The notes under the pieces are model-generated. The model was given only the letters and a program-made list of their open reading frames with translations. It was not told where the DNA came from and did not search any database. A stretch of DNA of 63,479 nt. Source: Octopus bimaculoides (Eukaryota). Below, piece by piece: positions 11,761-24,333 of the stretch; the stretch's first letter is position 1; each line of letters begins with the position of its first letter. The stretch covers positions 14,917,568 to 14,981,046 of the forward strand of contig NC_068993.1 in assembly GCF_001194135.2 (NCBI RefSeq), written 5' to 3'. Both the position numbers and the translations under genes were made by a program.

Positions 11761-13303
11761 TTTATTATGAACTACGAATAGTTAAGGATCGTGCATTGAT
11801 TTACGTTACTCGTGGTTCACATTCGGTGCTCTTCAGCTCACAAGCAGTCATTTTATAACGTTTCCTCCAATTGTCTTGTGGATTCCATAGCTGTTTGTCA
11901 TTATTTCTATGCTCGGAAAGCAGTTCCGCCATATATGTTCACGCAAGAGATAATGCCATCGTAATAAACACGTATTATCACTGAATCCCGTCAGCAATTC
12001 ACCGTTCCCTTTCTTTATCTGGACAGCGGAATTCCAGCAGTATGTCCAGGTGATGTAACATGAGAATTGAAAATAATACCCANNNNNNNNNNNNNNNNNN
12101 NNNNNNNNNNNNNNNNNNNNNNNNNNNNNNNNNNNNNNNNNNNNNNNNNNNNNNNNNNNNNNNNNNNNNNNNNNNNNNNNNNNNNNNNNNNNNNNNNNNN
12201 NNNNNNNNNTTACGTCGAAAAGATATGAATTAAAAAGCAATTCTGACGTTATAAGGCATGGCATACAATTTATCAGGAATTATTTATCAATTTACTGAAA
12301 TTTATACATTTAATTTATTATGAACTACGAATAGTTAAGGATCGTGCATTGATTTACGTTACTCGTGGTTCACATTCGGTGCTCTTCAGCTCACAAGCAG
12401 TCATTTTATAACGTTTCCTCCAATTGTCTTGTGGATTCCATAGCTGTTTGTCATTATTTCTATGCTCGGAAAGCAGTTCCGCCATATATGTTCACGCAAG
12501 AGATAATGCCATCGTAATAAACACGTATTATCACTGAATCCCGTCAGCAATTCACCGTTCCCTTTCTTTATCTGGACAGCGGAATTCCAGCAGTATGTCC
12601 AGGTGATGTAACATGAGAATTGAAAATAATACCCATAAGATAATAAGTACGATTTCGATAATTCAGTCGAAGTGAATCGTGCATTCACTTCGGGTCTCAT
12701 GCAAACTATTAATGTCATCTTGCTACGATATTTAATTTAAACCGGAATAAGCCGTATATACCACCAATCTTTGAAAACTGAATGAATAAATAAGAAGAGT
12801 TTACTTCTTTTCAATTGTTCTATGATATTCCAAGTGTAATGGCTTAGATTATGTACATCTTTGTACCTTTCCAGTCTCCATAATTCAAAGCTCCATGATT
12901 TTAATAATAGATTGAAAAATTGCATTTCAACATACAAAGATACTGTTATACAATGCATAAATAATTAATCACATATAGATGCGTTTGTGTGTGCGTATGC
13001 ATAATGTTCATATTCATATTCGTGTGCGTGTGTGTGTGTGTGTGTGTGTGAATTCCTTTTTTTAAATTCAGGAAAACTTGGCAAAAATAAAACCAAGATT
13101 GTATTCGGTTTACGCTCAGAGAAAAAAGAATATATACAATATGCAGCAACACATTTCGTCACGCACGAAATCATGTAGCAGACTTCAAAATGTATTGCAT
13201 TATATTAAATGTTAAGTTACACAAATATGCCACTGTTACACTGATATACGCCGTCAAGCATAAAAGTAAATGTTTTATATTTATGCATGTTACTCTAAGA
13301 TGA

Positions 13304-13490
13304 ACGCACGTGGCTTCATGATTAGGGTGTTGGATACATGATCGTAATAGAGTGGTTTCAATTCCTAGACCCGGCGACGCGTTGTGTTCTGAGTAAAACA
13401 CTTTATTTCAGGATGCTCCAGGTTACTCACCAGACAAAAGACGAGTAATCCTGCGGCGGACCGGCGTTCTATTCCGGTGGAGAGTATACA
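13304..13490 (+). mobile_element. tRNA-derived SINE, family A variant
   Basis: GCACGTGGCTT..TTTCAATTCC..GAGTAAAACACTTTATTTC..GAGTAATCCTGCGGCGGACCGGCGT; matches 36860-37090. Confidence 0.7.
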
Positions 13491-15335
13491 CACCACGGAA
13501 AAAGGGTCTATGTGACTCAAGAAGTATCATTATTCCATTCTAAGGTACGATAGAGTTCCTAGTCAATAGTATGTGAGAGTTATCCGAACACAAGCAGTTA
13601 CACACTGAAAAACAAAAAAGCATTATTCAAAAGAACTATAAACTCTTCGTAACCTATATATGACTGTTGACCGATCATATACGGTCATTGTACTACCTTC
13701 ATATTATGGCCATTCACCTATTAGACAAGCCATTAGTAAACTAATTCTTTCATCAATATGTCATAAACGGTTTTTTTTTTGTTTGTAATCTTTATTATTT
13801 AATGATTTATAGAGGTTTCCATTATTTCTGAAATCATCCAAAGATAAAAGACTCTTGAGAATTGTTGTTTATGAGACGAAACAAAATATTGAAAGTCTGT
13901 AATCGTTTGAGCACAATTCACAGAAAAATAAATTCTGTTTGTAGTACTTTTTAATAGATTCCACATTTTACTTATAGTCATATCGACTACGTACGAGAGC
14001 CAGGTAAACCTTCGTACATCACCTAAGTTTAACATTTCCTGTAATCAGAGTATGTACTCCTGGAACCCCGTACAAAACCACCCAACACAACGACTTCATT
14101 TATATCTCGCGTTTCAGTCTTTTAAAAATCAAATGTATTCAGATGAATTTTAATTGGAAATGTCCAATTTAAATCATGATTTAGGTCTCTAAGCGGCAAC
14201 CTTTATTTAAACCTTTATTTATAAAAACGTAAGTAAACGAGCGAAGCAATGACGGCAAGTATACAAACTAAAGGCTTAAACTTGTGATTTTTTCACTGCA
14301 GTTTATCGCGGAGAAAAACATCTCGCTTAAGTTTGAATACATTCCATCACTGATTTGTGCATGTACTTACGTATTTGTTTCGACCTGGTGATTTTTGCAC
14401 ACAATCAGTGAAATATATTTGCTGATTTATGATGAATGAAACTTCGCTCTATTGGTATTTAGTACTCAAGACCCCCAAAGATTTCTAAATGCATCGATAA
14501 CCAAAATAGAGGGCGCTCTGAGCTTACTGTGGTGTTTTAACATCTTTTTTTCGTAAGCGAGATATAATTCTTTTCCCTTCGAGAACAATTGAAGCTTTAC
14601 CTTTCCAATTACATCCCAGACATAGTTGAACTGGTCTTTAGCTTATATATATTTCTGAGCATACACGCACGCACGCTTAAATACACAAATAATCCACAAC
14701 ACATACGAGAGAATTAGCTAAAAGTGTCAATGAAACTTCCAGGTGACTTTCACTGGAAACTTTTCCTCTTCTATCTATCATATAAGAAAAATAAAGCTTA
14801 TTATTTAATGCTGCTTATTTGTTTTACATAAGTTTAATTTCTGGCCATCATTATAATTTTGCATACGAAATAAAAACACATACACTACACACAGTGACTA
14901 CTATTAACATTCCTTCATCATACCGAGAGCTAAATCTTACCACTTTTGTTTTTGTGAATTTCTTGTTTTGCGACATGTTCATGTTCTGGCTAATTATGTA
15001 TTTCGAGATTGTTATCTTTCGTTCAGTGTCTGAAAAGTTTATTTTCTTTAGAATGTCATGGAGATAAATTACAGTATTCTATATTTGTGTGTATATATTT
15101 TTTTGTAAAACTTAACGGTGTGTGTGTGTGTGTGTGTGTGTACTTATACGTATGTCATTTGTATAAGAGCATGGGCACGTTACCTTCATAGACTATATAC
15201 ATTTATTCGTTCTAAGTCGCATAAGCACACGCAGATACACGCACAAGCATATATACAGAAAAACATACACATCCTTGTATCAAACATATGCTTGTTAGAG
15301 TATCTCTTTTAAAGTGGATTTGTTTTAAATACGTT

Positions 15336-15383
<48 letters not shown>

Positions 15384-15790
15384 CACTTATATAGGTGTGC
15401 TTTTCTGTGCGTGTATGTGTGCATGTATATATGTGTCGAACAATCTATGTATGTATACATATGTGCTTAATTTTATGAGCTCTTTCAGTTTTTTTGTTTT
15501 GTTTTGTTTTTTTTGAACAGCAATATTTGAAAATAACGTGAGATTCATATCAGAGTAGTTGTGTCATCACCTAAACACTCTATACAAGGAACATGTCTGA
15601 TTTCCCTGTTGTCCAAAGACATGAACTTGCTATTGTACCCTCTATGTTACGGCAGCTTTCATCTATATCACTTCTGCATCTATGCTACCAAAATTAAATC
15701 TCTGAATCCAGAACATGACATATAAAATTGTTTTACATTTTGAGAAATAGATAGATCTAGAGACAGGCTGAGAAACGCATAAACTGACAC

Positions 15791-15812
15791 AGATAGATAG
15801 ATAGATAGATAC

Positions 15813-15881
<69 letters not shown>

Positions 15882-15985
15882 GAGGGGGAGAGGGAGCGAG
15901 GGAGAGAGAGAGAGGGAGGGAGAGAGAGAGAGGGAGAGAGAGAGAGGGAGAGAGAGAGGGAGAGAGAGAGAGAGTGAGAGAGATT
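15791..15985. repeat. (TAGA)n followed by a (GA)n/GGGA polypurine tract
   Basis: Direct inspection. Confidence 0.95.
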
Positions 15986-16646
15986 TTGAAGAAATAAACT
16001 TTTAAAACAATAGATGCGGAATAGCGATTGCTGAACTCTACCACGACTATATTACATATTCACGATATCACTATACTTTTGTCTGGAAATGTGTGTGATA
16101 AATGTGTGTTAGAATGATTGCGTATATATGTATGTGTGTGCCTGTGTGTGAGAGAGAGACAGAGACAGAGAGTGAGTGTGTGTGTGTACAGACAGATGCG
16201 CATTGAAAATATACAATTCTGTTGAAAGATGCTCACAGTCACACAGTCCCAAATACTGACTGCAAGGTATACAAAAAGTATTGCATATTTACATGAACTA
16301 TATTTCCCTTTTGTGCTTTGACAAACAGCAGACTGAGTAAAGCGAACGATAACATTTTCACTGATTTCACAATAACGTAATATCGAAGATATAATTCTTT
16401 GACAGTATTTGTCTCTTTCCTTTTCCTTTTTTCTTTTTCTTTCAAGGGAAGTGGGTTTCCTAACTAATATCCCGAGTTTCAGGCCTAGTTTCTTTTACCC
16501 CGCTTTTCTAATCGTTACTTTTATTTAGTCCCGTTCTAGCAGATATTCGAAAAGTTCAATGAAAAAATAAATACATGTCTTCACATATCCGCAATAATAT
16601 TCTGCAGAGTAATTTTGTTTCACGACAAATAAGGAATACATAAATA

Positions 16647-16696
<50 letters not shown>

Positions 16697-17131
16697 TTGT
16701 ATGCATGTATGNNNNNNNNNNNNNNNNNNNNNNNNNNNNNNNNNNNNNNNNNNNNNNNNNNNNNNNNNNNNNNNNNNNNNNNNNNNNNNNNNNNNNNNNN
16801 NNNNNNNNNNNNNNNNNNNNNNNNNNNNNNNNNNNNNNNNNNNNNNNNNNNNNNNNNNNNNNNNNNNNNNNNNNNNNNNNNNNNNNNNNNNNNNNNNNNN
16901 NNNNNNNNNNNNNNNNNNNNNNNNNNNNNNNNNNNNNNNNNNNNNNNNNNNNNNNNNNNNNNNNNNNNNNNNNNNNNNNNNNNNNNNNNNNNNNNNNNNN
17001 NNNNNNNNNNNNNNNNNNNNNNNNNNNNNNNNNNNNNNNNNNNNNNNNNNNNNNNNNNNNNNNNNNNNNNNNNNNNNNNNNNNNNNNNNNNNNNNNNNNN
17101 NNNNNNNNNNNNNNNNNNNNNNNNNNNNNNN

Positions 17132-17180
<49 letters not shown>

Positions 17181-17586
17181 AATTCCCTTATATATAAGTA
17201 AGGGCACTAATGAGTAAAGCCAAAATGCCTCAAGTAGACGCCAAATGGGTCTAAGTACTACAGTATTTACCACATTTGTATTTTGTATTAATTGTTACCT
17301 TTATGGTTTTTACATGCTGGCTAGATTTTATCTTTGATTATAACAATATACAAACACACATACATATGTATATAAAATTTAAAAGTATACGTTTGTGTTT
17401 ATGTACAACTAGTATATAAAATGAATACTTGTGTGTATGCCTTATATCTCACATATAACTGCGTTATAATGATTAAACAACTATATCAGTTATGTTACGA
17501 TATTATCACAGAAATCTAAAATTTAAATCTAATCTCTGCTTGACACTACACCAAATGCAAATGCAGAAGAATCTGCTCTTTCCAAG

Positions 17587-17807
17587 GTACACCAAGCAAA
17601 TGAAAGAGGACAGTCACATCGTGTGGAAACTTTAATCAATGAAAGCATTACACAATCGGAAAAACTACTTCGTCAGCCGCCAGGTGGATATCACTATTCT
17701 ATCGATACTACTTCCGATGTTCTCAAACAGAGATCAAAAATACATTCTGCTGCCGTTTTCGAATATACGATAACAGTTATACCCAGCATAACTCACAAAT
17801 ATATAAA
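17587..17807 (+). CDS. Candidate orphan coding exon, product unknown
   Basis: Stop-free frame 17533-17808 (VHQANERGQSHRVETLINESITQSEKLLRQPPGGYHYSIDTT..FEYTITVIPSITHKYI), pyrimidine-rich acceptor TCTGCTCTTTCCAAG|G, donor AAA|GTAAGA; no homology recognised. Confidence 0.3.
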
Positions 17808-18153
17808 GTAAGAAATGGAACACGAAACGAAAAAGTTCGATTGTATTTAAAATACGAAACCAAACAATGCAAATATTTATTCCGATACGAATAATAACAA
17901 AAGTTGTCAGCGACCCAAGCATACAAGCAATCGCTAGTCTCATTTAACTAAATTTCTTGTGAACTACACGTGTACAATTAATTCGTAAATCACCTGTAAG
18001 ATACTAAGAACGACAAAATTACTCTAAAGTTTCAAATGTTTAATTAAAATTTTTACATAACATCATTGTTTGATCATTCTTGATATTAAATTCTTAATGT
18101 TACATGAATCTACTTCCACTTGGATTTTATTCACAATGAGGAATACATGAATA

Positions 18154-18203
<50 letters not shown>

Positions 18204-18232
18204 ATGCATGTATATATATATATATAAATGAT

Positions 18233-18374
18233 GTAGGTGCAAGAGTTGTTGTGTGGTAAGTAGCTTGCTAACCAGCCTCATGGTTCCGGGTTCAATCCCA
18301 CTGCGTGGCACCTTGGGCAAGTATCTTCTAATATAGCCTCCGGCCAACCAAAGCCTTGTGAGTGGATTTGGTAG
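18233..18374 (+). mobile_element. SINE family B (CORE-like centre), 5' half
   Basis: GTGGTAAGTAGCTTGC..GGGTTCAATCCCACTGCGTGGCACCTTGGGCAAG..AAAGCCTTGTGAGTGGATTTGGTAG. Confidence 0.85.
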
Positions 18375-18387
18375 TGATTACATAGAC

Positions 18388-18522
18388 CCCATTGCTCAAA
18401 TGTTACTTATTTTACCGATCTCGAAAGGATGAAAGACAAACTAAACCTCCTGGTTCTTTGAACTCAGAAGGTAAAGGCGGTCGAAATGCCGCTAAGCATG
18501 CTGTCCAGCATACTAACGACTG
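18388..18522 (-). mobile_element. SINE family C, diverged
   Basis: TACTTATTTTACCGATCTCGAAAGGATGAAAG..TTGAACTCAGAA..GAAATGCCGCTAAGCAT. Confidence 0.7.
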
Positions 18523-18914
18523 ATAATATTGGTAATATAACAGCTTTAAAACAATGATAAACAATAATAACGTCATCGAAAGATACAATACGGTAAGTGG
18601 GTTTATACTTGACTCAATCTATTCGTGTACTTGAGTGTGACCTGATTTTATCATTTAGAGAGGTCTGCAAAATAAATTACCTTCAGCTTTACTTCAGGTG
18701 GATTAGAACTGGGTACTTAAAGGACTTCAACGAAATATTTCTAGGCATCTTTATCCAACAAACTGACGACTCTAACAAATAACTCTAAGTAATGCTATTT
18801 TGCAATCCTCGTATCCACAATGATGGAATTTATGGAAGACTTAGAAATTCAGTTTATATTGTAAAGATTTAGGAATTTAGAAATTGTAATGGAAAATAAA
18901 ACCTTCAATATTGT

Positions 18915-19003
18915 CGCCATCATCGTCGCCTTCATCGTCGTTATACCCATCGTAGTCGTTATCGCCATCATCGTCCTCGTCGTCATCATCATCGTCGTCG
19001 TCG

Positions 19004-19044
<41 letters not shown>

Positions 19045-19085
19045 TTCGTCATGGCCGTCATTATCAACATCAACAAGCATCGACG
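18915..19085. repeat. Degenerate (ATC)/(GTC)n microsatellite
   Basis: Source of the poly-D, poly-M and poly-I ORFs. Confidence 0.9.
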
Positions 19086-19339
19086 GTTATTGTTAGACGG
19101 CGACTGGAATGAAAATGTGCGAAAAGTAAATATAGCCTACATTGTCAAGGTAAACAGCAACAATTATAACAGCAACAACAACAGAAAACAATAACAAAAA
19201 CAGAAACAACAAAAACAACAACAGCAGAAAAACTGACAAAAGCAGCTACAACAAATATTAAGCTAAAATAACCAATTCTATCAACAATAATATGCTTAGT
19301 AAGGATAAAAATAAAACAAAGCCGAGAATAGCAAATCAA

Positions 19340-19362
19340 TAAATAATAATAATAATAATAAT

Positions 19363-19446
<84 letters not shown>
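19340..19446. repeat. (AAT)n microsatellite
   Basis: Direct inspection. Confidence 0.95.
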
Positions 19447-19447
<1 letters not shown>

Positions 19448-19936
19448 CCAAGACAAAGATAATAATGTAAAATAAATGAATACATAAATTAATAAAGAAA
19501 AAATGTGATAAAGTGGGATCCGACGGAAACGTATGTTAAAACAATTCCTAATGAAATATCACTTCGTAAAATTCCTTTCTCATGAGAATCAATAAAGAAG
19601 CATGAAGCAAATAGATTTATTGAAAATACAATAATAATATTCTTCAAGAGACCAAACAATGCGAAGAAGAAAAACGTAGAACAAAACAGAACAAAAATCA
19701 TTCACAACACAAAATCCTATGATTACACAAACACACAAATATACATGTATATATATATATATATATGATTATATTTATGTGTTTATTGTCTAATCGATGA
19801 CGACGAACAATGAAAGTATATACACGCGTGTCCGTGTGTGCACGCGTGTTTGTGTGTAAGTGGGGTTATGATTGTGTGAATGTCTGTAATATGTATGTGT
19901 ATATGTGTGTATGTATGCATATATATCCAGAGAAAG

Positions 19937-19967
<31 letters not shown>

Positions 19968-20349
19968 ATGTACTAAATTCTTATGAGATTTGTTAAAATA
20001 TAACAATTGATCAAAGGCTACTATTGAAAAGCTGCTGAGTAAGACAAATCGAAAATCTTCGGTCATAAACAGCTTCCGAAACAATGATCCGGTTGTTCTT
20101 TCGTAAAAGCATGTATTATTCAGGTTTGTATTTATTTTGATTTTTATTTCCAGAAATTACCGCCACTTGTTTCCCATTTCAAATTGCTAACAATTCGTGT
20201 AGTGTTTGATTTTTCTGTCTTTAACGAACGTTCTAATAAACGAGGTATATTTTGTCAACAGCATTCATCACAATCCGTTGATTGAAAACTTGAAATCAGT
20301 GACTAGCATGGGCGCAGCCCACTCCGTAACACAATTAAAAGATTATAGA

Positions 20350-20351
20350 CG

Positions 20352-20412
<61 letters not shown>

Positions 20413-20452
20413 GTAGAGAGAGAGAGGAGAGACGCATAAAGGCATATAAATA

Positions 20453-20520
<68 letters not shown>

Positions 20521-20593
20521 GAGAGTGAGAATGGAAGATACATACATACATACATACATACATACATACGTATAAGCATACATATATGCATAA

Positions 20594-20632
<39 letters not shown>
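20350..20632. repeat. Compound (TAGA)/(TA)/(TACA) microsatellite
   Basis: Direct inspection. Confidence 0.9.
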
Positions 20633-20633
<1 letters not shown>

Positions 20634-20841
20634 GGAAGAATACATGTTAATATATCATCAATAGATTAATCTATTCCGTGCCATTCGTCATTCTCCCTCA
20701 TTGTATTTTTGATACGACTACTACTAACATGCTCTCTAGTTAAGCTTAAGAGCGAAACGTCAATTATTTAGCGAGAAACGAATATATATCACACGAAGAG
20801 ATGCTCCTAACCTGCATGGAACATCAAAATTCAGTGCATAG

Positions 20842-20888
20842 TTTATAACCTGCGAGGGAGTATGTCGAAACGATCGTTGTGATGAATA
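20842..20888 (+). ncRNA. Decayed hammerhead-like motif (PLE end remnant)
   Basis: TTTATAAC-CTGCGA-GGGAGTATGTC-GAAAC-GATC-GTT-GTGATGAA; palindromic stem III and stem I partly retained, core missing a base. Confidence 0.4.
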
Positions 20889-21095
20889 AATTTTCTTGTA
20901 TACTCTATCTCCCGTATCAATTGTTTTTACTACACTCAGTTTCTGCTAATATAGATCCAGCACCGATTGCGGATGACACCAGGTCACCATGAAGAGTGAA
21001 TGTGCTTCACCGGCAGACTACTTAGGACATATAAAATATGCACTTTCAGATTTTGAAATTCTAATTTTAGATCCAAATCTTTAATTTTAACTGAT

Positions 21096-21487
21096 ATGGC
21101 TTTGTGGTAAGTAGCTTGCTTACCAACTACATGGTCCCTGGTTCAGTCCCACTCCGTGTCACCTTGGGCAAGTGTCTTCTACTATAGCCTCGGGCTGACC
21201 AAAGCCTTGTGAGTGGATTTAGTAGACGGAAAATGAAAGAAGCCCGTCGTATATATGTATATATTTGTATATGTATGTGTGTGTGTTTGTCCACCCCAAC
21301 ATCGCTTGACAACTGATGCTGGTGTGTTTACGTCCCCGTAACTTAGCGGTTCGGCATAAGAGCCCGATAGAATAAGTAGTAGGCTTACAAAGAATAAGTC
21401 CTGGGGTGATTTGCTCGACTAAAAGGCGGTGCCCCAGCATGGCCGCAGTCAAATGGCTGAAACAAGTTAAACAGTAAAAGAAAGAAT
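21096..21487 (+). mobile_element. SINE family B, full length, with internal (TA)/(TG) tract
   Basis: GTGGTAAGTAGCTTGCTTACCAAC..CACCTTGGGCAAGTGTCTTC..GAAGCCCGTCG[TA/TG]..CCCAGCATGGCCGCAGTC..GTAAAAGAAAGAA. Confidence 0.9.
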
Positions 21488-21511
21488 AAATATATATATA
21501 TATATACACAC

Positions 21512-21551
<40 letters not shown>

Positions 21552-22024
21552 NNNNNNNNNNNNNNNNNNNNNNNNNNNNNNNNNNNNNNNNNNNNNNNNN
21601 NNNNNNNNNNNNNNNNNNNNNNNNNNNNNNNNNNNNNNNNNNNNNNNNNNNNNNNNNNNNNNATATATATATATATATAAATATATGTACACCGGATTCA
21701 CTTTCACCGGTTAATAACCCAGGCTAACTTCCGCGAGTGAAGAAAGATTCCAGTTAGATTATTTTACAAATGCAGTAGCTCGTCACATCGATAAATCCAT
21801 GTGTCTATAGAGGCTGCATGTTGTCGGTAGTGAAGAAATAATACGTTAATAACAAGGAAACCAGAGATTTATATGTTCAGTTTCATTCTGCAGTTATTCA
21901 TGTCATTTCAAATGTTGAAGTGACTTGTTTGAAGTTGGATAAATTGGTATCCTTTGAGTAGAGTAGAAATACGATGTTTTGGTGATGTTCCCTCGTCTAC
22001 TACTAATGAAAATTTATTCAGTCA

Positions 22025-22062
22025 TCTCTCTCGGTGGAGGACAAAGTCCTGAAACGTAAAGA
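22025..22062 (+). ncRNA. Decayed hammerhead-like motif
   Basis: TCTCT-CTCGGTGGA-GGAC(AAA)GTCC-T-GAAAC-GTA-AAGA; stem II, GAAAC and GUA intact, core corrupted. Confidence 0.35.
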
Positions 22063-24272
22063 CATAGGCAATCTACTTTGGACATAATGTACATATAGCA
22101 TTTTCTTAAGAATTATTATGTATATATCATATTTATACAAGAAATTAAAAAATATGATGCAGTTCATGAAGTTTTAAGATATGCTCCTGGTTTATTCGAA
22201 CCTCGGCTTGAGCGTTAGATTAAAGAATAAACGGCAAACTAGCTAAAAATGAAACAGAATAAAATATGGGGGGGAAGTAACGTACGTTCGAGTAAACGAT
22301 GGACAATACGAATGATAATAATAATAAAAAAAAGAACGAGAAGTTAGCGATAACGGTAATGGCATCGCTATATTTGATTATGATGTTGATTGCCAGGCTA
22401 CCGATGATGATGATGATCATCGTGATCATGCTGACGACGACGGTGACGATGGAGTCGACGACGGAGAAGAGGATAATACTCGTGACAGTATCATTGTTGA
22501 TGATGACGAAAAAGGAGACAAACTACGCAAACGTAGAGAGATGTCCCAGTATTTATTTGACTATTACTAAAGATTTCGACATTGCTCGCGTTTAAGAAGT
22601 GCTTGCATTTGAAATGATTCCGGTGAATAGCAAGACATTATGTTGGTGTAGTTGGAGGGAATGGAATGTTGCAGGAGGTGGACTGGGCGGATATGTTATT
22701 GAATCAATTTCCGCTAAGACGATTGCTTGAATCAGTCGCAGAAAAATGCCTTATGAAGTTTAAAGTTACAACAAGATGTTAGAGTGCAACATCTCATTGT
22801 TACCATTGACAGCAAGCCCGATTTTCTAGTGGCGTGTTGACGGCATTTTTCTGTCAAGTTGCTATCTAATTGGAAAAAAAAAATTGACGTTATATTTGGT
22901 TAGCCTTTGTATAGAACCTACTACAATCTGCAAGATATGTTTACCAATGCAAGAGTTTATTATGCCATGAAGAGAAAGTAAAACATGTCGTTCATTGACT
23001 CTCACTGACTGGTTAGATTTTGCAGGTTTGTTGGTCGGCTGGATAGATGGATGGCCAAGTTACTTGACCATAAGTGATTCACTTGTCACAAAAGTCATCA
23101 ATTCCTCTCGTTTTCTCACAAGAAACCTCCAAAGTGTCGCGAAAATATATTGGTATGGATTAATGTCGCTTTAATTCCATTTCATTTTAAAATCCAAAAT
23201 CATTGCAAGCAGTGCTTGAAAACAACTCATAATTGATAAATGCGAAAAATAACACTTTGTCTCTACGTGCTTTATATANNNNNNNNNNNNNNNNNNNNNN
23301 NNNNNNNNNNNNNNNNNNNNNNNNNNNNNNNNNNNNNNNNNNNNNNNNNNNNNNNNNNNNNNNNNNNNNNNNNNNNNNNNNNNNNNNNNNNNNNNNNNNN
23401 NNNNNNNNNNNNNNNNNNNNNNNNNNNNNNNNNNNNNNNNNNNNNNNNNNNNNNNNNNNNNNNNNNNNNNNNNNNNNNNNNNNNNNNNNNNNNNNNNNNN
23501 NNNNNNNNNNNNNNNNNNNNNNNNNNNNNNNNNNNNNNNNNNNNNNNNNNNNNNNNNNNNNNNNNNNNNNNNNNNNNNNNNNNNNNNNNNNNNNNNNNNN
23601 NNNNNNNNNNNNNNNNNNNNNNNNNNNNNNNNNNNNNNNNNNNNNNNNNNNNNNNNNNNNNNNNNNNNNNNNNNNNNNNNNNNNNNNNNNNNNNNNNNNN
23701 NNNNNNNNNNNNNNNNNNNNNNNNNNNNNNNNNNNNNNNNNNNNNNNNNNNNNNNNNNNNNNNNNNNNNNNNNNNNNNNNNNNNNNNNNNNNNNNNNNNN
23801 NNNNNNNNNNNNNNNNNNNNNNNNNNNNNNNNNNNNNNNNNNNNNNNNNNNNNNNNNNNNNNNNNNNNNNNNNNNNNNNNNNNNNNNNNNNNNNNNNNNN
23901 NNNNNNNNNNNNNNNNNNNNNNNNNNNNNNNNNNNNNNNNNNNNNNNNNNNNNNNNNNNNNNNNNNNNNNNNNNNNNNNNNNNNNNNNNNNNNNNNNNNN
24001 NNNNNNNNNNNNNNNNNNNNNNNNNNNNNNNNNNNNNNNNNNNNNNNNNNNNNNNNNNNNNNNNNNNNNNNNNNNNNNNNNNNNNNNNNNNNNNNNNNNN
24101 NNNNNNNNNNNNNNNNNNNNNNNNNNNNNNNNNNNNNNNNNNNNNNNNNNNNNNNNNNNNNNNNNNNNNNNNNNNNNNNNNNNNNNNNNNNNNNNNNNNN
24201 NNNNNNNNNNNTATATATATATATTATGTGCATGTGACAATATATGTGACTGTGTTGAGACAAATAGGTAGG

Positions 24273-24333
<61 letters not shown>

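Noticed and set aside
11657-12635. 426-bp direct repeat (11657-12082 and 12210-12635)
   Set aside because: Identical copies directly flanking an N gap; typical unmerged contig overlap
22829-22868. Hairpin TTGACGG/CTGTCAA as a pre-miRNA
   Set aside because: Stem too short and interrupted
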